Shown in pieces: positions 37,075 to 45,475 of a stretch of DNA of 64,000 bases. The notes under the pieces were generated by a model. The model was not told the origin of the DNA. It searched no databases and saw only the letters and a program-made list of their open reading frames with translations. The translations under genes were made by a program, and so were the position numbers. How positions within the stretch are numbered: the first letter of the stretch is position 1; the number at the start of each line of letters is the position of its first letter. Origin of the DNA: Bacteroidales bacterium (GTDB taxonomy: Bacteria > Bacteroidota > Bacteroidia > Bacteroidales > FEN-979); contig JAQWBQ010000009.1 of NCBI GenBank assembly GCA_028706295.1, positions 8,110 through 72,109 on the forward strand, written 5' to 3'.

Positions 37075-39741
37075 CTAAATATTATTCTTTTCACGAAACC
37101 TGAATGTTAAAATCTGTTTGATCGCTCTTCTTAGTTTGGATCTTTGTCTGGGCAATTCACCAAAAACCACATCGAGGTAAATAAGTTCAACACCATTTAA
37201 AACGATTTGCGGGGTCTGCTTGAAAAGTGGTAAAAATGCGTTGAGCGCGCTCTCATCTGCATCTGTCCATGAACGGTTTGCCCGGGTCACGATCAGGCCG
37301 AAATCAAATGCCCGGATCAACTCGAGGGGATAAGAATTGTTGATCAGGGACGGAATTTCAACGAGTACGTAGTCGTAGCCATTCAGATCGAGATGTTCAT
37401 AGCCTACCAGCAGGGAGCTGAGTTCATTTACTTCAAAGAAGTTATCCCGGATTACAAACTGGATTTCATCATCGGTTGGTGGAATCAGCTCGCCGGAAGA
37501 TATATAAGATTGGTTTCCTGATTGTTCTTTTACATAGTTCAGATAAATCACATTTTCGCCGAATGATCTTAGTTTGCGGGTAAGTTCGCGCCCGATGCTG
37601 GTTTTACCTTCTGCATCGCGGGTGCTGAACAATAAGATCATGATGGGTCTCTTGTTGGGCAGGATATTGGAACGGGTCAGGGCAAGTTTGATATTCTGGG
37701 CAAGGATCTCAACGAGTCGGGGCAGAATAAATCCGATATCGACCGAATAGATCTCTTTTCCGATCTGTGGGTAGATACCCGCGACTTTCAGTTTAATAAA
37801 CCGTTCGGCACGTTCGGGGGTTTTGATGGTGGTATCGAAAAATTCAAGGGCCAGCAGGATGGCGGCCATCAGAACAAAGCCTGCAACGGCAGCAATAAGT
37901 ACAAGAAGGAGTGCTTTCGACCGGATCGGATTCAATGGGTAGTAAGGAGCGTCGACCACCTTGAGGTTGGTCGAAAGCTCATCGTCCTGTTGTCGCAATT
38001 TGGCTAAGTTCAAATCGTGAAGCAATTGCAGAAATTCGCTTTCAGTCACGGAAATCAACCGTTCGATGCGTTTCATTTCAGCGCCAAGCGGAGCAAAAAC
38101 CTCATACACCCGCTGAAAATGTTTCTTTCGCTCAGCCAATACCCGCAGGGCGGCCTTGCTCTCTTCATAGGCCACCACATTGGCCAGCCAGGAGTTCAGA
38201 AGGTCCTTTAACGGCAGACCTTCGACGCTGTTGGTGACCAGGTAAAGCCGGTCGATGTTGTTTTTAATTGCGGCTTTAATGTTTTCAACACGCGATTTCA
38301 GCATGGAAAGCTGCTGGATGGTGGCCGAATCATTACCAAGATCGATCTCAATGTTGGCAATTTGCATGGTCGTTTCCGCAAGCTCATTCCTGAGACGGAG
38401 GATGGCGCTCGTGTTGAGTGAAAGTTTCGCGTGTGATTCCAGCTTTTTTTCAATAATTTTAATTGCCGCATCAGAGGAGGCAAAAGCAATTTGTTTATTC
38501 TGAAAAGTCACGTCAAGCTCTTCCTTGGTGATGGCGATCTCCTTGGTCTGCTCGTAGTAGTTGATGATGTTGTTTCGTTCATTAAAGACCAGCAGGTCAT
38601 TTTCTGCTTTCTGAAGCCTGCGGGCTGCATCTTCAAGTTGCCGTCTGAAATACTGAATGACGGCATCCGTCTGGTTTTGCTTTAAAAGCTTATAGTTCCA
38701 GATAAAAACCTTAGTCAGGAAGACCAGGGTCTGCTGGCATATTCCCGGATCAGGGCTCGAGTAAGTCAGCCGGACCAGGTCGCTGTTCTGTACCCGGTAG
38801 ATTCCGACGGTCGAAAGTACTTTTATGCTGTAAAACCGGTCTTCTTCCGAGTTCCACAACTTATAGATAAAGTTATAGTCATTCTGATGGCCGTAGGCCA
38901 GCAAGCGTCTTACAATCCGGTCAAAGGCAGAAGAATCCTGAACGCCTCTCGTTATGGATATCAGGGTATCGGAGGTTGAGAAGTAATCGCGGATTCGGGA
39001 GTTTGAATCGCCGTAAGAGGCCGGGGAGGGTTCGGGTTCATACCCCTGCTCCGGTACCGGTGAAGCTTCGGGTACATCAGCAACAACGGAAACCTGCAGC
39101 TTTTGACCGACCGAAAGGGTATTCCCGGCAAGGTCGTTGATTGATTTTAGGTCGTCGACACTCAGTCCGTTCGAGTGGGCAATTGAATACATGGTTTCAC
39201 CCCGTTTGACGACATGAAATTTGCCGGTGGAAGCGCTCGGGGATTTTACATTGCCGTATTGGGCCTGTCCGCTATTATAATCATTTTCGAAAAGTGCGGT
39301 ATCAAGTTGTGAAGTCCGCCTGGATGGGGCTTTGTAATAACGTTTATCGCTCCTTTTGGCTTTTCTCACGATGTCGAGCACATCGGGCGGGACTTTGGAA
39401 AGGATGTCGTCGTAGTTTTCTTTGGAGATGTAACGGGGGTCGTAATGGTCGAGAAGGAGATGTTGTGCAAGGAGGCTTACGGAAACTTCTTCAAGGGTTT
39501 GACGTGATTTGATAAGGTTGATCAGGTTGTCGAAAGAGGCCATGGTGGCCATCATATCGTAGGAAGTCTGCTGCTGAACAGAATAACCTGAAGTCACGCC
39601 GGTGTATATCGTTGTTTCGGAGTAATAAGACCATTGGCTTTTACGGGTCAGAAAGAAGACCACCGCAGCTATGATCAGCGGCACAAGGATCAGCAGAATG
39701 ATGTGACGCTGTAACAGTTTTATAAAATAAATGATCTTCAT
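37075..39741 (-). CDS. Wzc/GumC-like polysaccharide co-polymerase with inserted LysM and degenerate kinase-like C-domain
   Basis: N-terminal TM, coiled coils, second TM, EFFDTTIKTPERAE, STRDAEGKT. LysM at residues 175-217 (nt 39091-39219). Confidence 0.85.
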   Translation of the reverse strand: MKIIYFIKLLQRHIILLILVPLIIAAVVFFLTRKSQWSYYSETTIYTGVTSGYSVQQQTSYDMMATMASFDNLINLIKSRQTLEEVSVSLLAQHLLLDHYDPRYISKENYDDILSKVPPDVLDIVRKAKRSDKRYYKAPSRRTSQLDTALFENDYNSGQAQYGNVKSPSASTGKFHVVKRGETMYSIAHSNGLSVDDLKSINDLAGNTLSVGQKLQVSVVADVPEASPVPEQGYEPEPSPASYGDSNSRIRDYFSTSDTLISITRGVQDSSAFDRIVRRLLAYGHQNDYNFIYKLWNSEEDRFYSIKVLSTVGIYRVQNSDLVRLTYSSPDPGICQQTLVFLTKVFIWNYKLLKQNQTDAVIQYFRRQLEDAARRLQKAENDLLVFNERNNIINYYEQTKEIAITKEELDVTFQNKQIAFASSDAAIKIIEKKLESHAKLSLNTSAILRLRNELAETTMQIANIEIDLGNDSATIQQLSMLKSRVENIKAAIKNNIDRLYLVTNSVEGLPLKDLLNSWLANVVAYEESKAALRVLAERKKHFQRVYEVFAPLGAEMKRIERLISVTESEFLQLLHDLNLAKLRQQDDELSTNLKVVDAPYYPLNPIRSKALLLVLIAAVAGFVLMAAILLALEFFDTTIKTPERAERFIKLKVAGIYPQIGKEIYSVDIGFILPRLVEILAQNIKLALTRSNILPNKRPIMILLFSTRDAEGKTSIGRELTRKLRSFGENVIYLNYVKEQSGNQSYISSGELIPPTDDEIQFVIRDNFFEVNELSSLLVGYEHLDLNGYDYVLVEIPSLINNSYPLELIRAFDFGLIVTRANRSWTDADESALNAFLPLFKQTPQIVLNGVELIYLDVVFGELPRQRSKLRRAIKQILTFRFREKNNI

Positions 39742-40529
39742 TAATCGATCTTATTGATTACGTTAAACTTGATACCGGCGATTTCCTGTAATATCATATA
39801 TGCATTGTAAAATTCGTTGCGCGCCTGTTCAAAATCGGTAACTGCTTTTCGGTACATTTCATTGATGTAAGCAAGTTCGTACAGCGTGGTCTGACCGTTG
39901 AGAAATTCTTTATCACCCATCTCTTTCTGGAGTGCATTCGCAATGACGTTATCGTTGGCAATTTTCAAAATACGTTGGTTTACGATCAGTTGATTGTACT
40001 GGATAATGATCAGTTTACGCAATTCCACGACCTCATTATCCTTTACTGCCATGGCCTTTTCAACTTCTTTGGTTGCAGTTTTGATCCGGTTTTTTCGGTC
40101 CCATAGGTCGTCCATAGGCATACGTAAGCTGATGCTTGCAAGCGCTCTGTTGTTGTTCTGGTAAGATAAGATGGTATTGTTGTCACCATAATTTGTCTTA
40201 TTGTTGGTCAAAGCATCCCAGACATCATTTTGAAGAAGACCGTCGATATAAAAGTTTTGCATCCATTCGCGACGGGCTGTCTTTACTTTGTATTTCCAGA
40301 TGGAGATATCGGCATCCTGTGAGCGAAGCAGGGGGGAGTGTATGATGGCTGAATCGATCAGATCTTCGAGCGGGGGAATGCGTTGGGTGATATCATCGAC
40401 AAACGGATTAAAGGTGACCGTTGAATCCTGGGGATGGCTGCCGACCTTCATAAATCCCTGTCCCCAAAAGGTAAGCGGGATGACAACCAGGAAAAGAGTC
40501 ATGAAGGCGGTTTCAATTTGTTTTCTCAT
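39741..40529 (-). CDS. TolC/outer-membrane efflux protein family, half-length (262 aa)
   Basis: Signal FWG|Q, LEDLIDSAIIHSPLL, a short beta segment (ISLRMP), then helical KEFLNGQTTLYEL..AYMILQEIAG. Only one OEP repeat. Confidence 0.72.
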   Translation of the reverse strand: MRKQIETAFMTLFLVVIPLTFWGQGFMKVGSHPQDSTVTFNPFVDDITQRIPPLEDLIDSAIIHSPLLRSQDADISIWKYKVKTARREWMQNFYIDGLLQNDVWDALTNNKTNYGDNNTILSYQNNNRALASISLRMPMDDLWDRKNRIKTATKEVEKAMAVKDNEVVELRKLIIIQYNQLIVNQRILKIANDNVIANALQKEMGDKEFLNGQTTLYELAYINEMYRKAVTDFEQARNEFYNAYMILQEIAGIKFNVINKID

Positions 40530-40554
40530 AAGCTGAGATCAAGAGGTTCAAAAA

Positions 40555-41787
40555 TTATACATTTTCTTTTTGAATAAAAACTGCAAACGTCCTAAAAATC
40601 AGGACGATATCACCCCAGAATGAATTGTGTTCTGCATAGTAGTTATCGAGCGCGAATCGTTCCTCCTCCGACATTACTCCTTTTCTGCCTCTTTTCTCGA
40701 CCTGCCACAATCCCGTCAGTCCGGCGGGAGCCCTGAACCGGCGGCTCCATTTTTTCTTGGTAAGGGCTTCGGCTTCATTCAGAGGGAGGGGGCGGTTTCC
40801 CACTATCGACATGTCGCCCTTCATGATGTTGAAAAGCTGGGGCAGCTCATCGATGCTGGTCATCCGGATAAATTTACCCACTTTCGTTATCCTGGGGTCA
40901 TCTTTGATCTTCAGAAAGGCTTTTTTAACGTTCCGTCGTTTGTTGGCCAGTCTTTCGCAAATCTCCTCCCCGTCATAATAAACAACGGGTGAACAGGTCT
41001 GACCCTGGGGTAATTTAGCGCATTCGGAACAACTGTCTTCAACGATATCACTGATGTATTGATTCAGGTGGGCGACGTCTTTGAGCCGTTTGTCAGCATC
41101 GGGGTACATCGACCTGAACTTGTAAAAATCAAAAATGCGGTAATTGGCTCCGACCCTTTTGGAAATATAGTAGACTTTTCCCCTAGACTCCAGAAGTATG
41201 GCGATAACAGTAAGCAACATTATCGGAGAAAGAATAAGCAGTGCAGTCAGGGCGATGGTGATATCAAAAATTCGTTTTGGAAGAGGTGTTTTATAGGGTG
41301 TAATGTCTTCATCCTGAAGCGAAATCGGTTTTGAAACATGTTCCGACTTTAATCTCTTGAGAAAATTGATCCTGCTGTGGATGTTGCTCACATTGATCTC
41401 CTTGTCGTAGTAATCGTCTGCCCCCATATTATAGGCATCCAGTTTCAGACATTTATCACGGAAGAAAGAGATGAGGATATAGGGAGTTTTGGAATATATT
41501 TTTTGTACTTTGATTTTATGGAACAGCGTAAGTCCGTTGATACCGGGAAGATAGTATTCACTTATGATTGCGTCGATCTGCCGGTTTTCGGTGAAGGCTT
41601 TTTCTTCCCTTGCTTCGGTGGTCACATCAAAAAGATGGAAGGTATTTTCGGTCAGCCAGTAAAGCGCGGCAAGGCCATTGGTGAAATGAGTGATATGAAA
41701 AAGTTCACTATTCTGAAACAGGCCAAGATTTACCTGGTCGTTTCCGATATATAATACTTCAAGCCTGTTGGCGGAACCTTCAGCCAT
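40555..41787 (-). CDS. Receiver-domain-fused priming phosphoglycosyl transferase (Bac_transf)
   Basis: REC-like residues 8-145; KRIFDI, FYKFRSM, DDPRITKVG, SIDELPQ, GDMSIVGNRP, PAGLTGLWQV. Confidence 0.9.
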   Translation of the reverse strand: MAEGSANRLEVLYIGNDQVNLGLFQNSELFHITHFTNGLAALYWLTENTFHLFDVTTEAREEKAFTENRQIDAIISEYYLPGINGLTLFHKIKVQKIYSKTPYILISFFRDKCLKLDAYNMGADDYYDKEINVSNIHSRINFLKRLKSEHVSKPISLQDEDITPYKTPLPKRIFDITIALTALLILSPIMLLTVIAILLESRGKVYYISKRVGANYRIFDFYKFRSMYPDADKRLKDVAHLNQYISDIVEDSCSECAKLPQGQTCSPVVYYDGEEICERLANKRRNVKKAFLKIKDDPRITKVGKFIRMTSIDELPQLFNIMKGDMSIVGNRPLPLNEAEALTKKKWSRRFRAPAGLTGLWQVEKRGRKGVMSEEERFALDNYYAEHNSFWGDIVLIFRTFAVFIQKENV

Positions 41788-41792
41788 TTGGT

Positions 41793-42191
41793 TTAGTTTC
41801 CCCTGCGTTGTGTGTATAAATCTCTGAATTCCAACCTTCTTTTGATCCGGGCAATGAGTTCCTTGGGATTAAAGGGTTTCAGCACATAGTCATCAGCGCC
41901 CATTTCAAAACATTTTATTTTATCTGCGCTCTCCTCTTTTCCCGAAAGCATAATCAGGGGAATTTCATCGAAGAAACCGCTTTCCCGGATTCTTTTGATA
42001 AATTCAAATCCATTCAGGACCGGCATCTCGACATCGCAAATGATAAGGTCAGGCAGGTTGCCTGACTGAAGATAAAACAATGCATCCATCCCGTTGCTAA
42101 TGGAAGTTACATCGAAGTCCTTGTTAAACGTGTTTTCGATGATAAACCGGATACTCTTTTCATCATCAATAGCGAGTATCTTTTTTTTCAT
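41793..42191 (-). CDS. Single-domain response regulator
   Basis: ILAIDD, DLIICDVEMP, LSGK, DYVLKPFN, no output domain. Start is ATG 42191. Confidence 0.9.
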   Translation of the reverse strand: MKKKILAIDDEKSIRFIIENTFNKDFDVTSISNGMDALFYLQSGNLPDLIICDVEMPVLNGFEFIKRIRESGFFDEIPLIMLSGKEESADKIKCFEMGADDYVLKPFNPKELIARIKRRLEFRDLYTQRRGN

Positions 42192-42210
42192 GAAATGAGG
42201 ATTTGGTAAG

Positions 42211-42218
42211 CAAATATA
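42211..42218 (-). promoter_or_regulatory. -7 element heading the polysaccharide locus
   Basis: CAAATATA on + equals TATATTTG on -, 19 nt before ATG 42191. Confidence 0.7.
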
Positions 42219-42289
42219 TTTAAATCCATCAGAAATGCAGAAAATAAATATTAACAATAAAATAAAAGTTACTGACTTTTCGGCCGAAT

Positions 42290-44326
42290 TTACTTCGTTT
42301 TCTGATCGAAGGCATCGATTTGTTCACGGAGGATTTTATATTCATCACGCAACCGGGCGGCTTCGAGGAAATCGAGTTCTTTCACAGCCTCTTCCATAGC
42401 CCGGCGGTTTACCGCGACCATTTTGATCAGTTTTTCTTTTGAGAGGTACTGATAAACGGGATCGGCAGCAATTTCGAGGCGTTCTTTTTCAATGTAAGGT
42501 CCTGGTTGTGTCCGGGAACCGTCGGCAATGGCGGTTTGTCCAAGAATATCCCGGGTGCTTTTGACGATTTGGGCCGGGGTTATGTTATGTTCAGCATTAT
42601 ACCTGATCTGTTTTTCACGACGCCGGTTGGTCTCCTCCATCATCCGTTTCATCGATTCAGTCAGTTTGTCGGCATACAGGATGACCTTGCTGTTGAGATT
42701 TCGTGCCGCCCGTCCTGCAGTCTGGGTCAGCGACCGTTCGGATCTGAGAAATCCCTCTTTATCCGCGTCGAGAATGGCAACCAGCGATACCTCGGGAAGA
42801 TCCAGTCCCTCGCGAAGCAGGTTTACGCCGATCAGGACGTCAAAGGTTCCAAGCCGCAAATCACGGAGTATTTCAACACGTTCGAGGGTGTCAACATCCG
42901 CATGGATATAACGGCACCGGATTTCGAGCTTTAAAAAATAGGCAGAAAGTTCTTCAGCCATCCGTTTGGTGAGTGTGGTCACCAGGGTGCGTTCCCCTTT
43001 CCCGATGCGCTGATGGATTTCATCGAGAAGATCGTCTATCTGGCGGAGGCTGGGACGAACCTCAACAAAAGGATCGGGCAGGCCCGTCGGCCGGATCACC
43101 TGTTCTACAACCACTCCTTCACATTGCTGGAGTTCGAAATCAGCCGGGGTAGCGCTTACGTAAATGGTTTGATTTACCAGCGCTTCAAACTCATCGAATT
43201 TCAATGGCCGGTTATCAAGGGCAGAGGGCAACCTGAACCCGTATTCGACCAGGGTTTGTTTTCGCGAACGGTCTCCGCCGTACATGGCTCTGATTTGCGG
43301 GATGGTCACATGGCTTTCATCGATAACCATCAGAAAATCATCGGCGAAGAAATCAAGAAGGCAGAAGGGTCTGGATCCGGAGGTCCTGCCGTCGAAATAC
43401 CTGGAATAGTTCTCAATCCCGGAGCAATATCCCAGTTCACGCATCATTTCGAGATCATAATTCACACGGTCTTCAAGCCTTTTAGCCTCAAGTTCCTTAC
43501 CGTTTTCCCTGAAATAGGCACATTGTCTGATCAGATCATCCCTGATCTCCTCCAATGCTTCCCGCATTTTATCGGGCGAGGTCACGAAAATATTTGCAGG
43601 GTAAAGAGTCATCGCGGGAATCAACTCAATTCGATGTCCGTTGACCGGATCAAAGGTCTCGATCGATTCGATCTCGTCGCCGAATGATATCACCCGGTAA
43701 GCCACATCCATGTAAGCCGGATAAATATCCACCGAATCGCCTTTGACCCTGAACTTTCCCCTGGTGAAGTCGGTTTCGGTACGGGAATAAAGGCTGTTTA
43801 CCAGGTATTGCAGAAGCTTGTTGCGCCCCATTTTTTCTCCTTGCCGGAGCCGGATTACATTGTCGTTGATATCCTGTGGGTTACCAATTCCGTATATGCA
43901 GGAGACCGAGGAGACCACGATAATATCCCTTCGTCCTGACAACAACGAGGAAGTCGTGCTGAGTCTTAATTTTTCGATCTCGTCATTGATCGACAAATCC
44001 TTTTCAATGTACGTATTCGTAACCGGAATGAAGGCTTCAGGCTGGTAATAGTCATAATAGGAAACAAAGAATTCCACCGCATTCTCGGGAAAGAACTGTT
44101 TGAATTCCCCATAAAGCTGTGCTGCAAGGGTTTTGTTGTGGCTTAAAACCAGTGTGGGTTTTTGAACCTGCTGGACGACATTGGCAATGGTGAAAGTTTT
44201 TCCGGAACCCGTCACCCCCATAAGGACCTGACCCGGATCACCCCTGACGATTCCCGCAGTAAGCTGCCTGATCGCTTCCGGCTGATCTCCAGTCGGTATA
44301 AATTCGGTTGTCAGTTTAAATTCCAC
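42290..44326 (-). CDS. uvrB: Excinuclease ABC subunit B
   Basis: GVTGSGKTFT, HNKTLAAQL, YYDYYQPEAF, IDESH, NLLREGLD, GRAARN, C-terminal UVR motif. Confidence 0.98.
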   Translation of the reverse strand: MEFKLTTEFIPTGDQPEAIRQLTAGIVRGDPGQVLMGVTGSGKTFTIANVVQQVQKPTLVLSHNKTLAAQLYGEFKQFFPENAVEFFVSYYDYYQPEAFIPVTNTYIEKDLSINDEIEKLRLSTTSSLLSGRRDIIVVSSVSCIYGIGNPQDINDNVIRLRQGEKMGRNKLLQYLVNSLYSRTETDFTRGKFRVKGDSVDIYPAYMDVAYRVISFGDEIESIETFDPVNGHRIELIPAMTLYPANIFVTSPDKMREALEEIRDDLIRQCAYFRENGKELEAKRLEDRVNYDLEMMRELGYCSGIENYSRYFDGRTSGSRPFCLLDFFADDFLMVIDESHVTIPQIRAMYGGDRSRKQTLVEYGFRLPSALDNRPLKFDEFEALVNQTIYVSATPADFELQQCEGVVVEQVIRPTGLPDPFVEVRPSLRQIDDLLDEIHQRIGKGERTLVTTLTKRMAEELSAYFLKLEIRCRYIHADVDTLERVEILRDLRLGTFDVLIGVNLLREGLDLPEVSLVAILDADKEGFLRSERSLTQTAGRAARNLNSKVILYADKLTESMKRMMEETNRRREKQIRYNAEHNITPAQIVKSTRDILGQTAIADGSRTQPGPYIEKERLEIAADPVYQYLSKEKLIKMVAVNRRAMEEAVKELDFLEAARLRDEYKILREQIDAFDQKTK

Positions 44327-44337
44327 GGGATCAGTGG

Positions 44338-45471
44338 TTATCGATTTTTTATTAAAACAACTCCTACAGGTTCATGATCCGATAAATCCAGGTTAAATTT
44401 CTGATAGGAAAGGGCGGCGAATTCATCTGAATGTAAGATGTAATCAATTCTGAACGACGGAAGCTTTCCGGAGTAGGTGCTTTCAAAAAATACCTTTCCG
44501 GCTTCCCTGTAACTGTCTTTTAACTGCCTGGTAAGCCGTTGATAGGTAAACGATGTGGGTGCGTCATTAAAATCACCGGCCAGGATGACCGGATAGTTAC
44601 ATTGGGCGATATGCTCCTGCAACTGTTTCACCTGTTCGGCGCGGATCATGAAAGCGCGTCTTAATTTCCACAGCATCTTCTTCGAACCCTCTGTCAATCT
44701 TGGGGTTTCCTTATCAGGATCGGTCAGGTTGGAGATAAAGTTGTAATCTTCATCTCCAAAACGGGTTGATTCAAGGTGAAGGTTATAGACCCTGACGGTA
44801 TCCGAATCGATGAACAGATCGGTATAAATGGCATACAGGCTGTGACCTTCCATATTTAAGTAACCCTTGCCCACTACCGGAAACCGGGAGAAGGTAGCAA
44901 TGGCAACGATTTTCTTCCGGTTCCAGAATTTTTTGTAATTCACGAAATGATACTGCTCCATCCGGATCGATTCGGTGAAGTTTTTAAATGTTTCGTCAAA
45001 ATCTTCTCCGATGGCATAAAACTCCTGGATGCAAATAATATCTGTTTGTCTTACAGCGATGAAATCGATGATTTTTTCACGGTTTTCCGGGATACTCTGA
45101 GCGGTCGATCGTGTGCTGCCATAAAAATGATGGATGTTGTAGCTGATGATACCGATCTGTTTCCCTGAGAGCTTTTTATCCGCCGAACCATGGATCGGGA
45201 TATAAGTCATCAGATAGCTCCAACCCGCAATAATCAGGATGAGCGAAATAAATAAATACCACCTCCAGAGAACCAGCCAGATCATTACAAATACGGCATT
45301 CAGGATCAGGAAGGCCGGGTAGGCCAATCCGAACAGCGCGATGATCCAATAACCTGCAGGGCTTAAAAATGCTGCGGTATAGGATAACAGCAGACCAACA
45401 GCAGTGATCAGATTTAATACCAGAAGTACTCTCTGAAATACCGTGCGTCGTTTTTTTCGATTCATCTGCAA
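44338..45471 (-). CDS. Endonuclease/exonuclease/phosphatase family membrane protein
   Basis: N-terminal TMs, SYNIH, ICIQE, NLHLES, AGDFND, RIDYI, SDHEP. Confidence 0.9.
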   Translation of the reverse strand: MQMNRKKRRTVFQRVLLVLNLITAVGLLLSYTAAFLSPAGYWIIALFGLAYPAFLILNAVFVMIWLVLWRWYLFISLILIIAGWSYLMTYIPIHGSADKKLSGKQIGIISYNIHHFYGSTRSTAQSIPENREKIIDFIAVRQTDIICIQEFYAIGEDFDETFKNFTESIRMEQYHFVNYKKFWNRKKIVAIATFSRFPVVGKGYLNMEGHSLYAIYTDLFIDSDTVRVYNLHLESTRFGDEDYNFISNLTDPDKETPRLTEGSKKMLWKLRRAFMIRAEQVKQLQEHIAQCNYPVILAGDFNDAPTSFTYQRLTRQLKDSYREAGKVFFESTYSGKLPSFRIDYILHSDEFAALSYQKFNLDLSDHEPVGVVLIKNR

Positions 45472-45475
45472 TGGA

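Noticed and set aside
42181-42188. Homopolymer A8 at the start of the response regulator (and similar runs at about 22320 and 31980) as phase-variation sites
   Set aside because: Runs are short, encode ordinary Lys stretches, and all frames are intact.
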